The notes beneath the pieces are model-generated. The model made no database searches and was not told where the DNA came from. It saw nothing but the letters and a program-made list of their open reading frames with translations. Position numbers and translations under genes: made by a program. From Carcharhinus amblyrhynchos (taxonomy: Eukaryota): a stretch of DNA of 64,000 nt. Location: positions 128,340,001-128,404,000 of the forward strand of contig OZ336871.1 of the NCBI GenBank assembly GCA_965287045.1, written 5' to 3'. This document shows positions 38,109 to 51,534 of the stretch, piece by piece (the stretch's first letter is position 1; each line of letters starts with the position of its first letter).

Positions 38109-38599
38109 GTATGTGTGTGCACATTTCTTGTCTGTCGCGTCACACTTTGTGTCACAAATATCGGCAAATTATTCTAATCAAATTTCTTGTAGCCGATTGG
38201 CGCACCACTCTATGTCTTTTTTAAAACAAAGCCAGTACAGTATTTTGCACTTCATGGAAAATACCCCCACCAACAGAAATCACTTTAGTAATTCAGGAGT
38301 TAGAATGTCTGTACCGTCTGATTTAACATATGATCTCTAACTTGTTCGCCAAAACAAAAGGGTAAACCATATTTTTTTGTTGTATGTTTATTTGCAAACT
38401 GAAGACCAATTAAACTCCTGGTTGATATTAATCCTGCTAAGTTCTTTCACCAAGCCATCAAAACTCTGATTAAACTGAGGCTGTGCTTTAGAACTGGTTC
38501 TATAAAAATAATAGAACTCAAATCTTGATCCTGTAGTAATCAGACAGAGAGAAGATGGCACAGGTTTTGGGTGCACTTTTTCAATTCTTCTTAAATATG

Positions 38600-41045
38600 C
38601 AAACTATGCTGCTGAACTGGAGAATAGCCAATGTGACATCTTTGTTGCAGAGGAGAGTGAAGAATAGAATAACTACGCACCAGTTTATGTAAGTGTCAAT
38701 TGGGAGTAAATTCATAGGATCCATAATTCAAGGGTTGAGGGACATCAGTTACATGGAGAGACTGGAGAAGCTGGGATTGTTCACCTTGGAGCTGAGAAGG
38801 CTAAGGGGAAATTTAGTGGAGGCTTCAAAGTCATGAACTATTTATAGAGTAAGTAAGGGAATGCATTGCATCTCCTGGCAGATAGGCCAGTCATCAGTTT
38901 AAAGGACAGAGAGAAGAGGCATCTTCTTACTTTGTGAGTCATTATGATCTGGAATCCAGACAGTGAAATCAGAATCAATAATTATCAAAAGAGAATTGGG
39001 TAAGTATTTGAAGTCAAAATTCAGAATAATATGGGCTAAAAATAAGAGGAGTGGGACGAATTGCATAACTCTTTCAAAGAGCTGGCCAATTGGCCATGGC
39101 CACTTTCTGTGCTGTCAGCTTTCACGAAGGTGCAAGTAACAAGCAAATTAGGTAAATGAGAAATAACCAAAAGCAGCCAGCATAGGTTAAGTAAAGCCAA
39201 AGGTAGCCAGATGATAAATGTAGAAGTTTATTTTTGAAGAGGTGACATATTAAATAGATAAAGGGATTCAGCCAGTGTGGTGTATATGCATTTTCAGGAG
39301 GTGTACCCTGAGAGTGGCAGTTATGAAATGAGTAAAGATGTTGGCACGGATGGAACCTATGCTGACAACTGGGAAACAAAGAAGCTAAATACTTGAATTG
39401 TAGAAGGGATTGAACCTCGTACCTCAGTGCTTTGTCTACTTCTGATCTTTGTACATATAGGCCATCTACGCTTAGACGTAGGGAACAGAATCGCAAAATT
39501 TGCTGATGAGACTTAATATAGTTCGGCAAAAATGTAAATGGCCAAGAGAGACAGGTTAATAGAACAGGGAGACCAGTATAGAACACAATTTATTGTGGAT
39601 GTGTTAAATAATATATTTAGGGAGGTAGCAGATGAATTGGAGATTATACTTAATGGAAGTTACTAAAGGATAGGGATGAACTGATAGATCCCAGGGTTCA
39701 AATATATAATTTCCCGAAAGTGAGATTGCAGGTGGCTAATACTATAAAATAAAAACAACAGTTCATAACATTGAGTTTTATGAATAGGAGAATAAATTGC
39801 AAAAGTACAATATGAGATAGAAATCACATGACAGAAATAAGACATTCAGTTCAGCCAGTTGGTGTTTAACCTAAACTTAGATTTTGATAGGTAGAGGCAA
39901 AGTTAGCTTTGTTGGGGGTGCATTTAGTGGAATGGTAAGCCAGCTGTGTATATAGCAGGAATAATGTTTGCGGCAACCGCTATTCTGTGGCTGGTATTGC
40001 AGCCGCGCCAGAGTTGAGTTTCACCTCCATAGCCACCACTCCAATCGCTAGCTTTCGTAATGCATTCCAAAAGTTCACAATCCTCTGTGTAATAGTTAAA
40101 AAAAAATAAAGCTTTCCTGCTCCCTGCTCTAACTCTTGTGCTTTTAATATTGTGTCTTTGTCACCTGTCCTGGATTCCTGAATCATTGAAAACCTAACAT
40201 AATTATTTTTCAATCACATTGCTATTTCTTCTGTTCTAATCAAGACCAGCCCCAAACGTTTTTCTTTTGTGTTCCCTTTTCCCTTTTCTCACACTAGGGA
40301 CAGAATTTTCCCATCCCTCCTGCCACGGGAATTTTAGTGGGTGAGGCATGGACCAAGCAAATGTCCATTGACCTGGGGCAGGATTTTCTGACATTGGGGT
40401 GAACATGGCCACAAAATCTCGCCCGAGGTATTTCCTAGTGAATCTAAACAGTACCTTCTGCATTGCATCAACATTCTTCCGCTAGTGTGGAGAGCAAACC
40501 TACACACAATACTTCAACCTTATGCAGGTTGTATATGGGTCTTTTTTAATGGCCTTATCCACTTGATGTGCAGCTTTTAATATGTTATTTACCCAAACCC
40601 CCAAATCTCTGCAATTTTTATTTCATCGTCCAGTTTTATCCCATTTAAAACAATAACCGGATCATCGTTCAGAGGACTGTAGCAAACCAGAACTAAAGTG
40701 TGTTTCATTTTATAGAAGCATAGAGAGTATTCAGCATTGATTCATCAAGCTGATGGCAGGGGTGAGAGGCACCCATCATGGTTATGAGAAGATAACTGAC
40801 GAAACTGGAGCAAGGAAGAAATTTAATTGAGTTTGAGAAACTTCCCATACATTGTTTGCAACATTTCAATGCCTGTTGGCACAAAAGGGTGACCATTTCA
40901 AGTTGCAAGGGGGAAATTAGATTTTGGAGTTGGGGCAGATACAGAGATATGGGGTTGGGAGAGAAAAGGGACGTGAGTTTCTAATTGCTCTCGAAAAGAG
41001 CAAGCACAGACAGAATGGGCCAAGTGCTCTCGTGTGCTGTGCTGT
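38600..41045. mobile_element. Several old CR1 fragments in both orientations
   Basis: gagagactggagaagctgggattgttcaccttggag (38757+); minus-strand TQRIVNFWNAL; aaatttgctgatga (FADD-like) at ~39496. Confidence 0.65.
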
Positions 41046-41069
41046 GCTTGAACCTGCTGTGGTTCAACA

Positions 41070-41770
41070 ACTTAGAACAATACAGCACAGGAAACAGGCC
41101 CTTCAGCCCTACAAGCCTGTGCCACTCATGCTTCCAACTAGACCATTTGTTTGTATCTCTCCGTTCCCAGTCTGTTCATGTGGCTTTCCAGATAAATCTT
41201 AAATGACCCCAGTGTGTCCACCTCTACCACCTTGCTTGGCAGTGCATTCCAGGTCCCCACCACCCTCTGTGTAAAATACATCCTTCTGACATCTGTGTTA
41301 AACCTTGCCCCCCCCCCCCCTCACCTTGAACCTGTGACCCCTTGTGTTTGTCACCTCTGAAATGGGAAAAAGTTTCCCACTGTTCACCATATCTATGCCC
41401 TTCATAATTTTATACACCTCTGTTAGGTTGTCCCTCATCCTCAGTCTTTCCAGGGAGAACAACCCCAGTTTACCCAATCTCTCCTCATAGCTAAGACCCT
41501 CCATACCAGGCAACATCCTGCTAAACCTTTTCTGTACTCTCTCCAAAGCCTCCACATCCTTCTGATAGTGTGGCGACCAGAACTGGACGCAGTATTCCAA
41601 ATGTGGCCTAACCAACGTTCTATATTGCTGCAACATCATACGCCAACTTTTATACTCTGTGCCCTGTCCTATAAAGGCAAGCATGCCATATGTCTTCTTC
41701 GTCACCTTCTCCACCGGCGTTGCCACCTTTTAAGGATCTATGGACCTGCACACCCAGGTCCCTCTGTGCG
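41070..41770 (-). mobile_element. CR1 LINE 3' fragment
   Basis: ORF 41298..41726 YRTLVRPHLEYCVQFWSPHYQKDVEALERVQKRF. Confidence 0.93.
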
Positions 41771-43549
41771 CCTTTGCCATATGAAAGAGACCTTAGCAAG
41801 GCGGTAGTGTGTGTTGGCATAGGAGTAGGCCAGTCAGCCCGTTGAGCCTGATCCATATTAGATCAGGCGATGTCAATCTGCACCTCAATTCCATTTATTA
41901 TGTTGGATCCACATCTCTTGATAACCTTTGTTAACAGAAATCTGATGTTTTCAAAAATGAAACTTTCAATCGACTCAGCGTCCGTATTCCTCTGGATTAG
42001 TGAGTTTCAGCTTTTCTCAGCGCTTTGTGCTTTCTGATTTTCATCCTGACTGGCCCAAATTTCAACATGTAAACTCATAACCTTGTGTCTGAACACCCCC
42101 ACCTACCACAACCACCCCACCAGAGGAAATCATATCTACGCTATCAGATCCTTTGGCATTTTGAACATCTCCTTTAGATTGTTACTCAGCCACCTCTGTG
42201 GGTGATTTGGTGGTGTTGTCTGTGGGTGAATGAGAATCCTGAAACTGTGAGTGAGCCTGTGCTCCTCCTCCAATCATAGATTCTCTCCCTCACATTTGCC
42301 GCTGATAGGCTCATTGATGGGTGGGGGAGAAAGGGTTTGTGATTGGAGGAACAGTTTGTTTCAGAATCTTCCGGCATTTTTGAAAGCTGCTTCCGGGAGC
42401 CACACCGGGGGGGGGGGGTCTTTTCATGCAGTATGCAGTTCACACGCCATGTATTGGACAAGCCTGCTCTAAGGTCAAGAGCACACAACTGAGGTTTATG
42501 TAACCTATCCCCTAACATAACTCTTTAAGCCCTTCTGGTGAATCTGAATTGCACCACCTCCAAATCCATTATATCCATCCTCAGGCACAGTGTGCAAAAC
42601 AGGGGACGCCGATTTTAAATGGGATTTTACCTTGGATTTGTGCAATCGAGCCATAACTTCTTTCCCTATGTAAGTCATCCCCTTTTTATTGAGGCCAAAT
42701 TTTAATTAACCTTGCTGACCATATTTTGAACTTACCTACTAGCTTTTTGTAATTGGTGTACATTGCCATCCAAATCTTTGACCCTCCATAATCCTAAGTT
42801 CTCACCATTGAGAACATATTCTGTTTTGTCTTCCTTGAGTCCAAAGTTAATCATCTTACTCTTCCTCACATTGGAACCCCATTTGCCACAACTTTACCCA
42901 TCTATTTAATGCGCTATCCCCCTTTGTAACTTCCTGCTCCTATCTTACTGTGTCTATAAACTTAATGTCATCTTGGATAGACAACTCTCCATACCTTCAT
43001 CCAAGTAATTGATAAGTGTGGTGAAATGCTAAGGTCCAGTGCACATCCCTGGGAAATGCTGCTTGTTACTTCCCTCCAAGGTATATTTTCTTTGTCATAG
43101 AGTCTCCTATATCATTACCTCCCTACATTTCATTAATATAATTCCTTCCGAATAAAGCAACATATTATTAAATTTGCCATGAATGATACCATGGATGATT
43201 CTCTAATACACATTGTTTTGGACTTAGTACCACAGTCATGTAATTTGTTGTACATGAACTAAGTGGCTTAAATATGCATTCACAATAGCAGCATTTCCCA
43301 ACTTGGCAGATGACACACAAGCAGCATCTTTAAAACAAAAGGAAAATGTGCTTGGCAGTTTGGCTGAAATTGGCCTCTGGGTGTGCTTATTTACAGCAAT
43401 TAGACTTTGTGGCTTTACATGGAGAGAGAAATTTAAGCACAGGTCCGCATTAGTAGCAGAATAATACATTAATGGGGTACATGGTGTAACACGTCAAATG
43501 CTTTGACTTACAATAAGTAATGCTATGGGAAATCTACCCTCGAATCAAA

Positions 43550-44497
43550 TAGCTTATCAATGACTTGGAAGAAGGGGTTGAAGGGTGGGTTAGTAAATTT
43601 GCTGACGTCACCAAGATTGGTGGAGTAGTGGATGAGGTGGAGGGCTCTTGCAGGCTGCAAAGAGACATTGATAGGATGCAGAGCTGGGCCAAAAAGTGGC
43701 AGATGGAGTTTAACCCTGACAAGTGTGAGGTGATTCATTTTGCTAGGACAAACTTGAATACAGATTACAGGGTCAACGGCAGGGTTCTAAGGAATGTGGA
43801 GGAACAGAGAGTCCTTGGGGTTCATATCTACAGATCTCCGAAGGTTGCCGCTCAAGTGGATAGAGCCGTGAAGAAGGCTTATAGTGTGCTAGCATTTATT
43901 AATAGAGGGTTTGAGTTTAACAGCTGTAGGGTTATGCTGCAACTATACCGGCCATTGGTGAGACCACGTTTGGAATATTGTGTTCAGTTCTGGTCACCTC
44001 ATTATAAGAAGGATGTGGAAGCATTGGAGAGAGTGCAGAGGAGATTTACCAGGATGCTGCCTGGTTTGGAGCGTAGGTCTTATGAGGAAAGGTTGAGGAA
44101 GCTGGGGCTTTTCTCTTTGGAGCGGAGGAGGATGAGAGGTGACTTATAGAGGTTTATAAGATGATGAAAGGGATTGATAGAGTGGATGTGCAGAGACTAT
44201 TTCCTTGGGTGGATGTGGCTGTTACTAGGGGACATAACTATAAGGTTCATGGTGGGAGATATAGGAGGGATGTCCGAGGTAGATTCTTCACTCAGAGTGG
44301 TTGGGGTGTGGAGTAGACTGCTTGCTGTGATAGTGGAGTCGGACACTTTAGGAACTTTCAAGCGGTTATTGGATAGGCACATGGAGCACTCCAGAATTAT
44401 AGGGAGGGGATAGCTTGATCTTGGGTTTGGACATAGCTCGGCACAACATTGAGGGCCGAAGGGCCTGTACTGTGCTGTAATGTTCTATGTTTCTATG
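43550..44497 (+). mobile_element. CR1 LINE, RT C-terminus through 3' tail
   Basis: ORF 43565..44149 (SKFADVTKIGG...FNPDKCEV...LEYCVQFWSP); tail gttctatgtttctatg. Confidence 0.95.
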
Positions 44498-44919
44498 TAA
44501 AAGGTACTAGATGAAGAGATTGGATACATTGAGACAGTTCATTGGTCCGCCAGTCTATTCAGCCATTCTGTCATGTTAGTGGAGTCAATTCTGCTTCCAA
44601 ATAAGGAATCTCTTATTCTTGCGTGAAAATAAAAATAGTTACGAAATGCTTTACGAAATGTTCCGAGTTCCCTTAATGTTCATTCATGTCAACCTAGCAA
44701 CTAGGAAATAGTTATGCATTTATCCTGACATTTAGTTTTCTGTTTCAATGTAGTGATTGGGCTGAATTTTCCTATAATTTACTTCCCATTTTGGTTACGG
44801 AGGATTTATGGAGACGCCAGCATGCTAAATTCATTGCTTTAAAAAAAACTATCTGAATTACCCTCCAAAAGATATCATTATCAATGCCCTTCCATGGCTT
44901 CTGGTACAACAGGATCAAG

Positions 44920-45245
44920 GGATGGCATGCTGGCATATTGGTTAGCACTGCTGCCTCGCAGCACCAGGGCCCCGGGTTTGATACCTGGCTTGGGTCACTG
45001 TCTGTGCAGAGATTGCATATTCTCTCCGTGTCTGCATGGGTTTCCTTCGGGCGCTTCGGTTTCCTCCCACATTCCAAAGATTTGCGGGTTAGGTGGATTG
45101 ACCATGCTAAGTGCATGTGTTTGTGGGGTTGGTGGTGGGGTGAGGGGGGAGGGGAAGGGGAGGGGGAGGAATTCTCTTTCGGGGTCAGTATTGACTCAGT
45201 GGGCCAGGTGGCCTCTTTCTGCACGATATGGATTCCATATTGTGG
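44920..45245 (+). mobile_element. HE1-like SINE (tail type A)
   Basis: tggttagcactgctgcctcgcagcaccagggcccgggttt head and core. Confidence 0.85.
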
Positions 45246-45314
45246 CTAACCAATCAAAAAGTGCTCTTTGCCACATTACTCGGGTAGTACTTACCTTTTC
45301 ATTAAGGAGGTCTC

Positions 45315-47700
45315 ACCCTCCTCGTCCCGAATGGGATGCAAGTCTGCAACAGTGTTTTTCCATTGAGCCCTGTCTTGTTCTGTGGCTTGTGCTTCGCCTC
45401 ACATAAGCCCCATCTCTTCCAGTTCAGTCACCACAGTCTGACACCATGTTGTTTTTGACCTAGCCTGTTTACGTTTCCCAGCCGGTGCAACCTTAGTGCA
45501 ATCTTTGGTATTCACTCTTGGGACGAGTCTGAGCAATATCATCCGGCACTTCTTGATATTAAAGTCAATGTTGTAGCAACCAGTCTTCTTGTACAGAACT
45601 TCATTGGAAATTTTATTTCACCAGTAGATATTACAGATCTTTCTAAGACAACAGTTATGAAAGGACCTTGCCCGTGTCTACCCTCCAGGATTCCAATCCA
45701 AATGGCAGGACTGATTTGATGTTGCTGTATAAAATTTTCTTGTCCCTTGTATATAAGGTCAACTGACGTTATGGACAAAGACACTCAAACTGCCAAATTA
45801 TCTTACAACAATCTCCTTTATTGTACTTTACCAAGTTACCACAGAAGTACCAAAATTCCACTATAAAAGATATCAGCTTTGCTACACAGAATGTATTCAA
45901 GCTCTGTCTTCTTTCATTATACACAAAGTGTCTAATTTCTGGCCTACTTTGTTATATACAAAGTATTCAGAAGGTATCAAAAACTTCACAAAAATATCCA
46001 AATTCACAGTTTGGACTTCGACACTACCTATGTCAAGGTGAGGTGATCAGACTCCCTCATGTGTCCTGTTCAGGTGTCTACGAGTCCTGGACTCAGGGTC
46101 TTGCTGCTTCTTCTGTGGTGCTTTGTCACGCAGGTTACTGCTTCAGTGTCTCTTTGTTTCTTCTTCTGATACAGATCTTGCTAGCAATGATCATGTTCCC
46201 AGTCATGGGTATTCACAGGACGGGCAGTAATCAATTGCAGCGTTTTGGTCGTGAATGCTCAGAGAGTCATGCCTCTCTCAGGGGGTTGTATTTCTTTTGA
46301 GCATGACACGCAGGAGTCTGTGTTCAATCGCTATCTGCTCACGGCATAGCAACAGCCACTGTCCAATCAGCTTCTGTGCTTGTTCTTCAATGCACACCCT
46401 GCTGACGCAGAGTTAATTTTTAAAATCAGGCTTTCATGATATATTTATTGCTACCCATTAAGTTACAGTCTGATTTTGATCTTAAAGTCTGTATTGTTTG
46501 GACTTCCAGATGATTCAAAGTCTGCTAAATACACTCCCAGCTTTATTTAGCTGGGCCTTGATGTCTTTCTTAGCACTGTTGTCATTGCTAATAAGGCTCC
46601 TGAGGTAAGTGAAGTCCTGGATGCTCTGTAGCACTTTTCCATCACTGGTAATTGAAGTTGCTGCTGGCGTGTTGATGCTCATGGCTTGTGTTTTCTGCTT
46701 GTTGACATGCAGCCCAGTCTGTTTTACATACATGCTGAGCCTGTCAGACCTCTCCTGGAGGTTGGTATATCTTGAAGAGATGGTAGCAAGATTGTCAACA
46801 AAGTTGATGTTCCCCAAATATGAAAAGAGGGATCATTGAATTCTCCTGGAGGGTTTAATGTTGTTTCACACAAGACCCAGTTGATGGTGACGAGAAATAG
46901 AAAAGGATAGAGGATGCAGTGCTGCCTCACTCTGGACTTCACTTTAACCCATTCAGTTTTGACAATGTCATCATCAAAACCACTTAAACAATGTCATAGT
47001 CATGGAATCTTGTAGCACTGAAAGAGGCCCTTTGGCCCATCATGTCTGCACCAGCCATCAAGCACTTATCTATTCTAATACCATTTGCCAGCATTTGGTC
47101 TATAAGCTTATGTTATGGTGTTCACAGTGCTCATCTAAATGCTTCTTAAATGTTGTGAGGGTTCTCAGCTCTACCTACTTCACTTTCTGTCAGAGAGTTC
47201 CAGATTCTCACAACTTTGTGGATGAAGATGTTTTTCCTCAAATTCTTGAGGATGATGCAACATTCAAAATGCTCATACAACTTCCCGATGGGATTGACAA
47301 TCTTGTGTGGAATTCCATACACTCTGATAACCTTCCGCAAGCTCTCACGGTGAACACTGCCAAATGCCTTCTTGACACTTATGAAGTTGATGTAGAGGGA
47401 TGCATTCCATTCCAGGCAATGTTATAAGATGTTGTGCAGAGCAAACATCTGATCAGTACGTCCTCTGCTTCATAGAACCTTGCTTGCTCTTTCCTAAGCT
47501 TGTTATCAATGGTGTCTTCAATCCACTTGAGGAGTATTCTGCAGACGCTTTTGCTGGAGATGGGAAGGAGTGAAATTCCTTGCCAGTTGTCACAGTTTCC
47601 GAGGTTCCCCTTCTTTGGCAGTTTGAAAATGAGTCCTTGACTCTAGTCTTCTGCTATGACTTCAGTTTCCCTTAATTTGTGGAAGAAATCGGCAAGCACC
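45315..47700 (-). mobile_element. Decayed RTE-clade LINE in two blocks (45315-45545 and 46495-47700), with a CR1 3' end inserted at ~46995-47245
   Basis: Minus-strand peptides LIFKLPKKGNLGNCDNWQGISLL, YGIPHKIVN, NFVDNLATIS...GLHVNKQKT...FTYLRSLIS, plus an RTE-type C-terminus (GKRKQ..SKTTWCQTV). Confidence 0.8.
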
Positions 47701-48159
47701 CTGTATGTCCACATTTGTTTTCAACACTTCTGTTGCACTCAAAAGATCCAAATGGCAAGCATCACAATTTTAAGATAATGAAAAATTCTCATTCTGTTAA
47801 TGTGCATCTAGTGTATGATGAAAACCTTTTTATTCTGTATTTCAATGCCAGGAATCTGCCATGACCTTTCCACCATGTGACAATCCACTACATCAGTTCT
47901 TATGACTCAAGTCCATTGGTGAGGATTGTTAATTAGAACTATATAGGGCTAGAGGACTAGTGACCTGAGTGAAGCTTCCACTGATGCCAGGGACTACAAA
48001 TACAAGGACCATTGTGCAATTACAAGAGGGCCTATAAAGCAAAGTCTCGAAGTTTTGAGATTGCTTCTTAGATGGTTAGACAAATCTGGTGATACCTTGC
48101 AATACAGACAAGTGAGTCTTAAAAATGCCGTAGATTGCTTCATTTTGTATTTTAAAAAA

Positions 48160-48890
48160 TTTGTTTCATTATTTCATGGAATGATGGATCTCACTGTCTA
48201 AGCCAGCATCTATTGCCCATCCCTAATTGCCCTTGAGAAGATGTTGGTGATCTGCCTTCTTGAGCCCATGTGGTGCAGACACCCACAGTGTCTTAGGAGA
48301 GGAGTTCCAGGATTTTAACATAGCGATAGTGAAGAAATGGCAATACTTTTCCAAGTCAGGATGGTATGTGGCTAGAGGCGAACATGCAGGTGGTGGTGGT
48401 GTCCCCGTGTATCTAATGCCCTTCTCCTTCAAGGTGATAGAGATCACGCATTTGGGAGTTGTTTTCAAAGAAGGCTTGATAAGTTGTTACAGTGTATGCT
48501 ATACAAGATGCACTGCTGCCACCACTGCTCATTGGTAGCAGAGGGAGTAAATGTTTAAGGTGATGGTGAGTTCTCAATCAGGTGGGCTGCTTTGTCCTGA
48601 ATAGTGATGAGCTTCTTGAGTGTTGTTGGAGCTGCATTCATCCAAACAAGTGGGGAATATTCCATAACAATCCTGACTTGTACCTTGCAGATGGTGGACA
48701 GGCTTTGGGAAGTCAGGAGGTGAGTTACTCACTGCAGAATTCCCAACCTCTAATCTATTCTTATAGCCACAATATTTATATGCTGGTCTAATAAAGTTTG
48801 TGGTCAATGATAAGCCACCTGGATATTGATCGTGGGGGATTCAGGGACGGTAATGCCATTGACTGTCATGGGTAGGTGGTTAGATTAGGT
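48160..48890 (-). mobile_element. LINE-B 3' fragment
   Basis: Similar to 18480-19210. Confidence 0.88.
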
Positions 48891-50263
48891 ACATAAAATT
48901 GCTGTGAAGTTAAGTGGAGAAGCAGAAGACAGTGTTGAAGAGAATGTGAAAGAACTCTCCTCCCCATTGCATGATACTGACACAGAAAGGAGAGAACATT
49001 TGACAGGCAGCCAGCTGGGAATGAAAGCAGGATATAACCAATAACTTAGTGCTGCCAGCAAATAATTGACCTTAACTTTATGGCTCCATTTGGAGGGTAA
49101 GTGAAGGTAAGGGTTTACCAGTAGCTGTCCAGAAGCACTAATGTCCGCTGTACTTCTTTGATGGGTTGGGAACCATCCGGCAAAGTGATATAAATCACTA
49201 ATTTTTGACTTGTTCTGTCAGTTTTACCCTCATGGTTACTGTTTCAGAGTTAGAAGGGAGAAAAAAAGTGCTTCTAACTTCAGAGTAACTATTATAAAGA
49301 CCCAGGAGAGTCCCCACGCTCCAACTCTGCACTCCCCCCCCACCAATACCCTGTGGGACCTGCAATCCCATGCACAACTAAGCACATGTCACTTTCCCCT
49401 CCCCTTGCCCCTCCACTCCCCACCTGCACCGCCCGCTCCCTCCCCCCACCACCTTGGCATGTCCATACCCAATCATCACCCCCTCCCACCAAAGTACTCA
49501 GCTCCTGACCTCCATACAGCCTTGGTTCAAACATGGGACAAAAGAACTAAATGCCAGAGATGAGGGGAGAGTGACTGCCCTTGGCATCAAAACTGCTTTT
49601 AACTGAATGTGGCATCAAAGAGCCCTAGCAAAACTAGAACTGGGCAAAACTCTCTGCTGGCTGGAGTCACATCTGGCACAAAGGAAGAAGGTTGTTGTTA
49701 TTAGTGGTAATTATCTCAGTTTCAGGACATCACTGCAAGAGTTTCTCAAAGTAGATTCTTCTGGCCAACCATCTTCAGCTGCTTCATCAATGACAACCTT
49801 CCATCACGGGGTCAGAAGTGAGAATGTTCACTGATGGCTTCGCAATGTTCACCATTCATAACTCCTCAGAAACTGAAGCAATCCATGTCCAGATACTGCA
49901 AAACTTGTACAATATCCAGGCTTGGGCTGGCAAGTGGCAGCTAATATTCGTGCCACAAAAGTGTCAGGCAACTACCTCCAACAAGAGAGAATCTAACCAT
50001 TGTCCCCTGACTTTTAATGGCACTATCATGGCTGAATCCCCCTCCATCAGCCTGGGGGTTGCCATTGACCAGAAACTGAACTGGACTAGTCATATAAATA
50101 CTGTGGCTACAGAGCAGGTCAGAAGGTAGGATTCTATCACAAGTAACTCACTTCCTGACTCCCCAAAGCCTGTCCATTATCTACAAGGCACAAGTTGGGA
50201 GTGCAATGGAATAATTCTCACTTGCCAGGGTGTGTGCAGCTCTAGAACACTCAAGAAACTTGA

Positions 50264-51141
50264 GTGGTGAACTGTGACGAGGATGCAGGGAGCTTTCGTG
50301 ACCTGAACAGGTTGGGTGAGTGGGGAAAGCAATGGCAGATGCAGTATAATTTGGATAAATGTGAGGTTATTCACTTTGGAAGCAAAAACAAGAAGGCAGA
50401 TTACTACCTGAGTGGCTGTAAATTGGGAAAGGGGAGTGTGCAGCAGGATCTGGGTGTCCTTGTGCACCAGTTGCTGGTGGTAAGCATACAGGTGCAGCAG
50501 GTGATAAAGAAGGCAAATGTTGGCCTTCATTGCAAGAGATTTCGAGTACAGGAACAGGAATATGTTGTTGCGATTATACAGAGCCTTGGTGAGGCCAGAC
50601 CTAGAATATTGTGTGCAGTTTTGGTCTCTTTTTCTGAGGAAGGATGTTCTTGCTCGTGAAGGAATGCAGCAAAAGTTTACCAGGCTGATTCCGGGGATGG
50701 CGGAACTAATGTATGATGAGAGATTGACTAGGGTTAGGATGGTTTTCACTGGAGTTCAGACAGGTAAGTGGGGGGAAAATCTCATAGAGATTTATAAACT
50801 AACAGGACTAGGCAGGGTAGATGCAGGGAGGATGTTCCCAATGGTGGGGGAATCCAGAACCAGGAGTCACAGTCTGAGAATTCGAGATAGACCATTTGGG
50901 ATGGAGATGACGAGACATTTCTTCATCCAGCTTGGTAAACCTGTGGAATTCATTACCGCAGGAAGTAGTTGATGCCAAAACATTGAATGTATTCAAGAGA
51001 CGGCTAGATACAGCACTTGGTGTGAATGAGATCCAATGTTATGGAGAGAAAGCAGGATTAGGCTATTGAGTTGAATGATCAGCCATGATTGTAATGAATG
51101 GGAAAGCAGGCTCCTCCTGCTCTTATCTTCCATGTTTCTAT
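50264..51141 (+). mobile_element. CR1 LINE 3' fragment nested in LINE-B
   Basis: ORFs 50264..50659 and 50517..50972 (YRALVRPDLEYCVQFWS). Confidence 0.93.
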
Positions 51142-51534
51142 GACAACATTGCCCGTTTGATTGGCAATTCTTCCACAAACATTCACCCCTCCAACACACA
51201 GTGGCAGCAGTTTGTACCATCTACAAAATGCACTGCAGGAACTCACCAAGGCTCCTTAAACAACACCTTCCAAATCCACAACCACCATCTGGGCAGCAGA
51301 CACAAGGGAACACCACCACCTGCAAGTTCCCATCCAAGCCACTCACCAGCTTGATCTAGAAATATGTCACTATTCCTTCACTGTCACTGGGTCAATTCCT
51401 GGATCTCCTTCCCTAACAACACTGTGGGTGTATCTACAACAATTTTTTTTGAAGAGGTGACAAAGATAGATGAGGGAATGTCTGTGGAATTAGTTTATAT
51501 GGACTTTAGTAAGGCATATGATAAGATCCCACAT

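Noticed and set aside
43565-44149. Long RT-like ORFs (also 18772..19308, 41298..41726, 50517..50972, 52104..52664) as host genes
   Set aside because: They are 5'-truncated LINE ORF2 fragments that recur many times with LINE 3' tails; none is a complete element.
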